Positions 9,299-16,392 are shown, numbered from the stretch's first letter. The stretch: DNA of 19,340 nucleotides from Candidatus Micrarchaeia archaeon (GCA_049966395.1 JBMFUT010000014.1:1-19340), one strand, 5' to 3'. Notes: a model not told the origin generated them from the sequence alone. A program made the numbers and translations.

Positions 9299-10656
9299 TT
9301 TACCTTTTCGTGTATTTCGCAATTGCTGTCATTGCTCTGCTTTTCGGGAGCCTGCTTGCTAGGCTTGTTGGAAAGCGGAAGCCCCAGTTGTACTACAACC
9401 TTGCGCTTCTAGCAGTCATATCCTACCTGCTCCTTGCAATGCTCATGGCAGGAGTAGACGGGACATTTTTTGGTTCCGCAAGCCTAAACTCCTTTTCAGA
9501 GCTTTTCATGTTTGCATTCACAGTTGCAATGCTGCTGGTAAACCTTCTTGCATATGACGCGGGAAGTTACCCTGACTTCGCCATACTTGGCAATTTTGCC
9601 CTTATGGGCATGTACCTAATTGCCGTTGCGAATTCTATGGTGACTATACTAATAGGCCTGGAGCTCATGACCTTACCGACTGTCTTCATCATACTTTTCG
9701 ACAGGAGAAGGACAGAAGCCGCAGCAAAGCTTTTCGTAATGTCGGCGGTTTCAACAGCATTTTTTGCTTTTGGCCTAGCTCTCATGCTCAGCGGCGGAGG
9801 CGTCGCGCTTTCAGTGTATCCAAAGGCAGAAATAATGCTTTTCGCAGCAGCCATATTCGTTGCAGCAATAGGTTTTGAATCGTCGATATTTCCATTCAAC
9901 CTCTGGGTGCCTGACGTCTACGAGGGCGCAAGCACACATGCCACTGCAATGCTTGGCGGAGTAAACAAGAAAGCCGGTTTTGCAGCACTCATGCAGATAC
10001 TGATACTGGTGTTCATATCATACCACTCCCTTTTCCTGTTGGTAGCACTGCTCTCCATACTTACGATGTTCTTCGGGAACATAGTGGCATTGGCGCAGAG
10101 AAACGTGAAGAGGATGATGGCTTACTCTTCAATCTCGCAGGCGGGCTACATACTCATAGGAATTGCCGCAGCTACGCAGTATGGCACCTCAGCGAGCATA
10201 TTCCAGATATTCGCCCACATGTTCGCATTTATAGGCATAATGGCGGTTGTGATGCTGATGGAGGCGAAAAACAGGGTCGAGATAAATGATTTCATAGGCC
10301 TTGGAAGCGAGAATCCCATTGCGGCATTCTCTCTCTCGATCTTCCTTCTTTCGCTTCTGGGGATGCCTTTCACAATGGGCTTTGTGGGAAAGTTCATGCT
10401 GTTCTCAAGTGCAGTATATGCAAAGCTCTGGTGGCTTGCGCTGCTCGGGATAATAAACACGGCAATATCACTATACTACTATTCCAGGCTCATAATAGCA
10501 GTTTATACCGGAAAGGCCGGAACAAGAAGGATACGCATAGGATTGCCTGTAGCGGTTGTGATAATAATCTGCCTGGCAGTGGTGCTAGGGCTGGGTATAT
10601 ATCCACAGCCCCTCGTTTCGCTTGCTCAAAATGCCGCCGCATACCTTTTCAGATGA
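9295..10656 (+). CDS. nuoN: Complex I-like antiporter-type subunit N
   Basis: GLELM, EAAAK, PFNLWVPDVYEGA, QRNVKRMMAYSSISQAGY, GMPFTMGFVGKF and SLYYY. ATGA overlap with nuoM. Confidence 0.95.
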   Translation: MIYLFVYFAIAVIALLFGSLLARLVGKRKPQLYYNLALLAVISYLLLAMLMAGVDGTFFGSASLNSFSELFMFAFTVAMLLVNLLAYDAGSYPDFAILGNFALMGMYLIAVANSMVTILIGLELMTLPTVFIILFDRRRTEAAAKLFVMSAVSTAFFAFGLALMLSGGGVALSVYPKAEIMLFAAAIFVAAIGFESSIFPFNLWVPDVYEGASTHATAMLGGVNKKAGFAALMQILILVFISYHSLFLLVALLSILTMFFGNIVALAQRNVKRMMAYSSISQAGYILIGIAAATQYGTSASIFQIFAHMFAFIGIMAVVMLMEAKNRVEINDFIGLGSENPIAAFSLSIFLLSLLGMPFTMGFVGKFMLFSSAVYAKLWWLALLGIINTAISLYYYSRLIIAVYTGKAGTRRIRIGLPVAVVIIICLAVVLGLGIYPQPLVSLAQNAAAYLFR

Positions 10657-10675
10657 GAGTTAAACTGGTGAAATC

Positions 10676-11440
10676 ATGGCCGCGCCAGAAGACGCAGAGC
10701 GCATAATAGATGAATACTCGGGCATGATAAGCAGGGGCATGGCCAACGCCATAGCAGACGGCGAAGGCAGTGGCAAAAACGTAAAAATCGGCGTTGGCGA
10801 ACTCATATCCTCATCTGAGCTACCGCAATCTGTAGACATAGAAGACAATGTATACAGGGTGTTCAACAAGTGGCAGGCGCACGGGAGCAAGAACAATTAC
10901 TACAGGAGAATGGTGCTTGGTAGCGAGGGTAATACTGTGAATGTAACACTGTGGGGGGCGCACTCCGATCTGGCAGATTCTCTTCCAATAGAGCGCGGCG
11001 ACACTATAGTAGCAAGCAATCTTACTGTGCGCAAATGGCAGGGATCAATCGAACTTGCCAGCACAGCGAGCACTTCATTTTCAAGAGTAAAGTACTCTTC
11101 CACCGGCATCACCGACTATTCAAAGATAGCGCCAGGCTCCAAGGAAATAGATATCATAGGCAAGATTGTAGAAGTAGGTACTGCCCACTCATTTACAACG
11201 CTGAGCGGCAGGCAGGGAAGCGTTTCCGACTGCATAATCACAGACGGCAAACTGACTATGAGGGTCGTCCTTTGGGATTCATCAAGTTACTACGCCAACT
11301 CAATGAAGCCCGGAAGCTACGTCAAAATAGAATTTGCAATTGCAAAGCAGGCAGCCGGCGCGACAGAGATACATGCAGGCAACAATTCAAGGGTATTAGT
11401 GAGCCAGAAGCTAATGAGCAGGCTGCGCGGCTCAGACTAG
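10676..11440 (+). CDS. OB-fold ssDNA-binding protein, archaeal RPA-like (two OB folds)
   Basis: IDIIGKIVEV...FTTLSGRQGSV...ITDGK..MRVVLWD...GSYVKI...EIH, plus an upstream repeat VNVTLWG...GDTI...W.GSIEL. GGTGA RBS at 10667-10671. Confidence 0.85.
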   Translation: MAAPEDAERIIDEYSGMISRGMANAIADGEGSGKNVKIGVGELISSSELPQSVDIEDNVYRVFNKWQAHGSKNNYYRRMVLGSEGNTVNVTLWGAHSDLADSLPIERGDTIVASNLTVRKWQGSIELASTASTSFSRVKYSSTGITDYSKIAPGSKEIDIIGKIVEVGTAHSFTTLSGRQGSVSDCIITDGKLTMRVVLWDSSSYYANSMKPGSYVKIEFAIAKQAAGATEIHAGNNSRVLVSQKLMSRLRGSD

Positions 11441-14244
11441 CGTTCGCCATAAGTAGCCAAGAAAGACAGGTACCTTCCTACCACTATGCTTGGCGCTGAA
11501 GGCCTTGTGCTCTGCACTATCTTTGCGATATCATTCATTCCTATCTTGACTTCAGACTCTGTAGAAAGGCTCTGCTCAAGCGCGTTCATCTTCACCTGCC
11601 TGCATATGTTGGCAATGTCCGCTCCGGTGTATCCAGGAGTCATCTCGCCCAGCTTGTTGAAATCCACATCATCTGCAAGTGGCGCTTTAGAAAGGTTAAG
11701 CTCGAAGATCTTCGCTCTTTCGGCTTTTTCAGGAGGCGGAACAAATATGAGCTTGTCGAACCTGCCTGCCCTCAGGAGCGCGTTGTCGAGCGCCTCGGGC
11801 CTGTTTGTAGCTCCTACAATCACTATGTTGTACTTGTCCTTTATTCCGTCCATCTCTTCCAGGAATTCCCCAGTAAGCTGTATACCCAGCTCGCTCGCCT
11901 TGTCCCTGGAAGGAACCAGCGCGTCTATTTCGTCAATAAAAAGTATAGATGGCGCATTCTCTTTTGCAGTGTCGAATGCCTGCTTAACTATATTCACCGC
12001 CTTTTCTGGGCCGTACTTGCTTATTTCTGAGCCCGCTATGGTTATCATGTGCACGTCCCCGACTTCGTTTGCTATAGCCCTCATGAGCATTGTCTTGCCG
12101 TTGCCGGGAGGGCCGAAGAGCAGTATGCCAGTGATGTTTTTTATGTCGTATTTTTTGATGAGTTCCGGATGCATTATTGGGACTTCTACCGCTTCATAGA
12201 GCGCCTTTTTGGCTGATTCGAGCCCCACAACGTCGTTTATGCCTATTGCGTCTGCCCTTTTCTCCGCCACCTCGGGATTGCTGCGCCTCTCGTAATCCAG
12301 CCTGAAGCGCTCGTATTCCTCGAGCTGCGCGAGCGAAGTTGACGGCTTAGTGGCCTTTATAGCGCGCACTATATCTGCCATTGTCACTTGCAGCATCTTG
12401 TTCTGTGAAACCGCCTCGTCTGCAATGTGCCTTGTTATTTCTTCGCAGAGATTTTTTATATCTGCAGCGCTGTACCTGTCTGTCATCTCGGCAAGCTTCT
12501 GCATGTCTACGTCGTCGCTTATCGGCATTTTTTTGAGATAATACTTAAATATCTCCTTTCTTCCGTGGAGGTCTGGCAAAGGCAAGTATATTACCTTGTC
12601 GAATCTTCCCGGCCTCATTATGCTAGGATCAAGGAGGTGCGGCACGTTAGTCGCGCCTACTATTACAACATCCTCTATCTTTTGGAAGCCGTCCATTTCG
12701 GTAAGCATCTCAGACAGAAGCTGCCTGCCGCTCTCTGTTTCCTGCACCTCCCTGCTTACTGCTATGCTGTCTATCTCGTCAAGGAAGAGTATGCAGGGGG
12801 CGTGTTTCCTGGCAACCGCGAATATGTTTGCGAGCTCCTTGACGCTCTCACCAGGGTAAGGCGAAAGTATGGATGATACCTTGATATAGAAGAACCCTGC
12901 CCTTATCTCGTTTGCCAGCGCCCTCATTATGTAAGTTTTTCCAGTGCCGGGAGGGCCGAAGAGCAGTATGCCTTTGGCAGGCTTTATTCCATACGCAGCC
13001 TGGAGCTCCCTGTGCTCTATGGGCGCGAGTATGGCTTCCTTCAACTCTTCCTTGGTGTGCTCGTAGTCTGCAACGTCGTCCAGGGTCTCCCTTCCTCCTC
13101 CAGATATGTCCTCAAAAGCTGCACCAAACTTCTCCCTCACATCCTGCTTCATTACCGCCAGCGCCTGCACTATTGGGACGTCGTAGAACTCTAGCAGAAA
13201 TATCACTATAGGAGTTGCAGCGAAGCTAATGACAGGATACCAGCTAAAATTCTCCAGGGTAAAATATGAAAACGCTATGTAACTCAAAGGTATTATTCCA
13301 GAGAAAAGACTAGCCAGGGTGCCCTTGTACTTGGACCTACTCTTTATGGCATAATTCCCCATTGCAAATACCACTATGAGCCATATTGCAAGCTGTATGG
13401 CAACAAGCGGCAAATTGAATTTCAGCGATTCAAGGAGCGCCGAAACGCCCTTGAAGAGCCTGCTGGTCACTTCAAAGCTTGCAAACTTTGCCAGTGCGGC
13501 GTTCCAGGATGCAGCGAAGCTGCTGAGCGCAGGCGCTGCCATAGAAGGCGCAATAATCGAGGCGGTGACCGGCATGGCGGAGACAATGTAGCTGTGGGCC
13601 TGCGCCGGATTGTAAACAATGCTTCCTGTATTCTGTATCGCCGTCGCGCCTGAGATCATTACTATTATAGGCACCACTATCATTGCCGCAATTGCGGAAC
13701 GCTTTATCCCTATTCCAAGTATTGTGATAGTGAAAGCAGGTATCTCAAGGAAATATCCTATGCTTGAGAAGGGCAGCGCAGTGAGCGCGTAAATCGCGGT
13801 TATTGTTCTATAGTGCTTGAACCCCGCAAAAAGCGAAATGCTTATGAAAATCATGAAAATCCATGCAAGCAATGGCGCCTGGTATATGAACATGGGCAAC
13901 GTTTCAAACAGCATTGCCACAAGACCTAGAAGGGGATGTAGCATAGTCAAAGCGAAAGCCACTATTACTAGCACTATAAGTATCGGCCATGGAATGAAAG
14001 GCAGCGCAAGAGAAACACTTATTATAGCGAAAGTTATTGCAAGCGCGTCCGCAAAGTTCTTGTGTGACACGAAGTCCTTAACAACGTCCTTGAACCAGTA
14101 TGAAGAAAGGGGTATGTGGCTCGCTTTTGGATGGATTATCGCCTTCTGGCTTCTCTTACCAAAGGAGATTCCTCTTTTGCTTTGCGCCTTAGCCTTGTTT
14201 GAGGGCTGCTGCTGCCCGCTGCTTTGGGTAGGAGAGGCTGGCAT
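11437..14244 (-). CDS. Polytopic membrane protein fused to two AAA+ ATPase domains (CDC48/Vps4-like classic AAA)
   Basis: Roughly aa 60-360 is a run of hydrophobic helices. Domain 1 has GILLFGPPGTGKT, ILFLDEID and GATNVPHLLDPSIMRPGRFD. Domain 2 has GILLFGPPGNGKT, ILFIDEID and GATNRPEALDNALLRAGRFD. Confidence 0.93.
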   Translation of the reverse strand: MPASPTQSSGQQQPSNKAKAQSKRGISFGKRSQKAIIHPKASHIPLSSYWFKDVVKDFVSHKNFADALAITFAIISVSLALPFIPWPILIVLVIVAFALTMLHPLLGLVAMLFETLPMFIYQAPLLAWIFMIFISISLFAGFKHYRTITAIYALTALPFSSIGYFLEIPAFTITILGIGIKRSAIAAMIVVPIIVMISGATAIQNTGSIVYNPAQAHSYIVSAMPVTASIIAPSMAAPALSSFAASWNAALAKFASFEVTSRLFKGVSALLESLKFNLPLVAIQLAIWLIVVFAMGNYAIKSRSKYKGTLASLFSGIIPLSYIAFSYFTLENFSWYPVISFAATPIVIFLLEFYDVPIVQALAVMKQDVREKFGAAFEDISGGGRETLDDVADYEHTKEELKEAILAPIEHRELQAAYGIKPAKGILLFGPPGTGKTYIMRALANEIRAGFFYIKVSSILSPYPGESVKELANIFAVARKHAPCILFLDEIDSIAVSREVQETESGRQLLSEMLTEMDGFQKIEDVVIVGATNVPHLLDPSIMRPGRFDKVIYLPLPDLHGRKEIFKYYLKKMPISDDVDMQKLAEMTDRYSAADIKNLCEEITRHIADEAVSQNKMLQVTMADIVRAIKATKPSTSLAQLEEYERFRLDYERRSNPEVAEKRADAIGINDVVGLESAKKALYEAVEVPIMHPELIKKYDIKNITGILLFGPPGNGKTMLMRAIANEVGDVHMITIAGSEISKYGPEKAVNIVKQAFDTAKENAPSILFIDEIDALVPSRDKASELGIQLTGEFLEEMDGIKDKYNIVIVGATNRPEALDNALLRAGRFDKLIFVPPPEKAERAKIFELNLSKAPLADDVDFNKLGEMTPGYTGADIANICRQVKMNALEQSLSTESEVKIGMNDIAKIVQSTRPSAPSIVVGRYLSFLATYGER

Positions 14245-14290
14245 AAATTTTATAAATATCTATAAGTATATTAATATTAGCGTTTTTGAA
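14245..14290. promoter_or_regulatory. Compact bidirectional promoter (AAA ATPase / tRNA-Tyr)
   Basis: 46-nt very AT-rich spacer. TATAAGTA (14261-14268) sits upstream of the tRNA, and TTAATATA-like sequence on the minus strand lies about 23-30 nt upstream of ATG 14244. Confidence 0.55.
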
Positions 14291-14393
14291 CCCGTTGTAG
14301 CTCAATGGCTAGAGCGGCCGGCTGTAGTTTGCAGACTTCTGCAGTTAAGAAGTGGTAACCGGCAGGTTGGGTGTTCAATTCACCCCAACGGGA
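14291..14393 (+). tRNA. tRNA-Tyr(GUA) with 30-nt intron (14328-14357) at position 37/38
   Basis: Acceptor CCCGTTG/CAACGGG + A73, D stem GCTC/GAGC, anticodon stem GCCGG/CCGGC, anticodon GTA at 14324-14326, T arm GGGTG-TTCAATT-CACCC. C1:G72 is the archaeal/eukaryal Tyr identity pair. Confidence 0.96.
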
Positions 14394-14720
14394 TTACGCC
14401 TTTTCAAGCTCACCTTCCTGCGCAATGATAAGCGGCCTAGATTCAACTATCGCCCTTGCTATCTTCTCCCTTCCGCTTTCCAGCAGGCGCCAGGCCGTGC
14501 CCCTGGAAGTTTTCATTCTGCTTGCGATTTCTTCTTGAGTTAGCTTTTCCACGTCGCTAAGCCTCACTGCTTCAAATTCAGGATAAAGTAATTCTATAGG
14601 CTCCTTGCCTAGCATCGGCCTTGGCATGAAAACTTTGAAGCGCGGCATTTCCTCTATGAAAAGTCGCGAATGCGGTCTTCCCGGGCCTCCGTGGTGCGCA
14701 TACCATCTCCATCCTTGCAT
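14394..14720 (-). CDS. DUF134/UPF0251 family predicted HTH DNA-binding protein
   Basis: GRP...P...F.P...L...EFEAVRLSD...LTQEEIASRMKTSRGTAWRLLESGREKIARAI matches the DUF134 pattern. ATG 14720 is preferred because the longer start runs through the promoter/operator. Confidence 0.88.
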   Translation of the reverse strand: MQGWRWYAHHGGPGRPHSRLFIEEMPRFKVFMPRPMLGKEPIELLYPEFEAVRLSDVEKLTQEEIASRMKTSRGTAWRLLESGREKIARAIVESRPLIIAQEGELEKA

Positions 14721-14740
14721 GTTATCATTATTATTTGATC

Positions 14741-14755
14741 CGAAAGCTTTAAATA
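14741..14755. promoter_or_regulatory. BRE + TATA box, probably used in both directions
   Basis: CGAAAG followed by TTTAAATA (14748-14755). On the minus strand TATTTAAA lies about 28 nt upstream of the DUF134 ATG. Confidence 0.65.
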
Positions 14756-14793
14756 TGTGCATATGCACATAATATTATGTGCAAAAGCACAAA
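14754..14793. promoter_or_regulatory. Tandem palindromic operator
   Basis: TATGTGCATATGCACATA (14754-14771, perfect 18-bp palindrome) and TATGTGCAAAAGCACAAA (14776-14793), with starts 22 bp apart. Confidence 0.75.
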
Positions 14794-14806
14794 AAGGTGA
14801 AAAACA

Positions 14807-15070
14807 ATGCCTAGATTCGGAAGAGGAAATGGAATTGGAAACTGCGGCCACGAAGGCTATGGAATGGGCTATGGCAGGGGCTTCGGCTTCGGTCTTGCCA
14901 GTGATGACGCGCCTTTCGGCTATGGGCGCAGCTACAGGGCTATTAGCAAGGAAGAGGAAAAGGAAATGCTGGAAGCCCAGAAAGCGTCTATAGCTTCAAG
15001 GAAGGCGGCATTAGAGGCCTTGGAAAAGGAGATAGACAAGAGACTCGAAGAACTCTCTGCAAAGTCCTGA
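14807..15070 (+). CDS. DUF5320-like protein (Gly-rich N-terminus, C-terminal coiled coil)
   Basis: MPRFGRG...CG...GYGRGFGFG then SKEEEKEMLEAQ...LEKEIDKRLEEL. AGGTGA RBS at 14795-14800. DUF5320 genes typically neighbour DUF134 genes. Confidence 0.78.
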   Translation: MPRFGRGNGIGNCGHEGYGMGYGRGFGFGLASDDAPFGYGRSYRAISKEEEKEMLEAQKASIASRKAALEALEKEIDKRLEELSAKS

Positions 15071-15071
15071 T

Positions 15072-15101
15072 GCTTTTTGGCGGCTCGCGCCGCCAAAGAG
15101 C
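15072..15101. terminator. GC-rich stem-loop immediately after the DUF5320-like gene
   Basis: GCTTTTTGGCGGC-TCGC-GCCGCCAAAGAGC forms a 13-bp stem (one G-U) with a 4-nt loop; the T5 tract is in the left arm. Confidence 0.55.
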
Positions 15102-15190
15102 CCAACTCATCCTTGGAAGAGCATATTCTGATTACCTAAATTCGCATAAATCACAAAATATTAATAACTGAATGCCTAAAAGATATCGAT

Positions 15191-15263
15191 GCCTCGGTAG
15201 TGTAGTGGTCCAGCATGCGAGCCTGTCACGCTTGCGACTCGGGTTCGAATCCCGACCGAGGCG
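15191..15263 (+). tRNA. tRNA-Asp(GUC)
   Basis: Acceptor GCCTCGG/CCGAGGC + G73, anticodon arm CGAGC-CT-GTC-AC-GCTTG (GTC at 15225-15227), T arm TCGGG-TTCGAAT-CCCGA. No CCA; AT-rich TATA-like tract at about 15155-15167. Confidence 0.97.
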
Positions 15264-15342
15264 CTTGATTCTACCGTCTGAAATAAAGCTCAAAACTCAT
15301 GGAAAGTGAAAGCAATAAATAAATATATTATATTATAGTGGT

Positions 15343-16242
15343 GTGGCAAGCAAAAGAATTCTTGGCTTCGAGGTCGGCGCAAGCAAGATGATAGCGCTTG
15401 TAGGAGACCTCTCCGGAAACGTATTCTTGAAGATTGTCACAGCTACAAAAAACGAAAGAACCGATAAAAAGGTGCTGCTCAACCAGCTTGAAGGCCTGCA
15501 GAAAAAATTCTCTAGGAAATACGAATTTGGCTATGTAAGCGCGACTTTTCCAGGTGCAATAAACAGGAAAGGGATCGTTGCATACGCCCCTAACTTGCCG
15601 GGCTGGAAAGGATATAATCTGCTCAATGCGCTTAGGGAAAGGTTCGATTCTAAAGTATTTATTGAAAACGACGCAAATGCGCAGGCGATTGCAGAAAAAC
15701 TCTACGGGTACGGCAAAAACTACAGCAATTTTGTCTATTTGACTATTGGTACTGGAATCGGTGGCGCGATATTCATCGACAACAAGCTTTATGCAGGGCA
15801 TAAAGGCTGGGCTGGCGAATTCGGCCATATGGTAATAGACAAAGGGCCCGAATGCGGCTGCGGCAGACACGGCTGTCTCGAGGCACTGGCCTCCGGCAGC
15901 GCAATCGAAAGGATGGCAGCAGAGGTCAATATGAAGATGAGCGGCAAAGAAGTATTCGAAGCGTGGTATGCGGGAGACAAGACTGCCAGGGCAATTGTAA
16001 GAAAGGCAGCAGACTATCTCACCATAGGCATTGCAAACATCATCAACATATTCGACCCAGAGGCCATAATCATCGGCGGAGGTATAACAAGAAACAACGA
16101 ACGCCTCATAGAATATATAAGGAGAAAAGTGCCTGCAGAGCTTGGCAACTATAAAAGGAGAGTGAGGATAATACGCGCTTCTGAAAGCCTCATCGAAAAA
16201 GCCCCGCTCGCTGTCGCCGCGTACAATCTTCGCATTAATTAG
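15343..16242 (+). CDS. ROK-family sugar kinase (glucokinase-like), no HTH
   Basis: IENDANA, GTGIGG, AGEFGH, CGCGRHGCLE (Zn motif) and FDPEAIIIGGG; GTG start. Confidence 0.92.
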   Translation: MASKRILGFEVGASKMIALVGDLSGNVFLKIVTATKNERTDKKVLLNQLEGLQKKFSRKYEFGYVSATFPGAINRKGIVAYAPNLPGWKGYNLLNALRERFDSKVFIENDANAQAIAEKLYGYGKNYSNFVYLTIGTGIGGAIFIDNKLYAGHKGWAGEFGHMVIDKGPECGCGRHGCLEALASGSAIERMAAEVNMKMSGKEVFEAWYAGDKTARAIVRKAADYLTIGIANIINIFDPEAIIIGGGITRNNERLIEYIRRKVPAELGNYKRRVRIIRASESLIEKAPLAVAAYNLRIN

Positions 16243-16392
16243 CGACAGTCAATGCAGCTTCTACTCTCTGAATGCTAATAAAAGTTCGCTACTGTTTTTG
16301 CCAAGCCATTATCCCAGTATTGAATCATTCCGCTGCTTTTAGGCTTCATTTTGCTACCGCAGTAAAACAAAATAAAAAAAGATAAACAAAGA

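Noticed and set aside
11486..14428. Long plus-strand ORFs (11486-12199, 12427-12876, 13817-14428 and others)
   Set aside because: They are antisense shadows of the AAA gene, and one runs through tRNA-Tyr. The same applies to the minus-strand ORFs inside the nuo, ROK and phosphoesterase genes.
14754..14793. Palindromic repeats as a mini-CRISPR
   Set aside because: Only two 18-bp units separated by 4 nt, with no spacers and no cas genes; the position fits an operator.
14757..14993. Alternative 78-aa ORF overlapping the DUF5320-like gene
   Set aside because: It starts inside the operator and lacks an RBS; the 14807 frame has the RBS and family-like features.
16275..16349. 24-codon minus-strand ORF MKPKSSGMIQYWDNGLAKTVANFY
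   Set aside because: No recognisable motif, and the length is compatible with chance.
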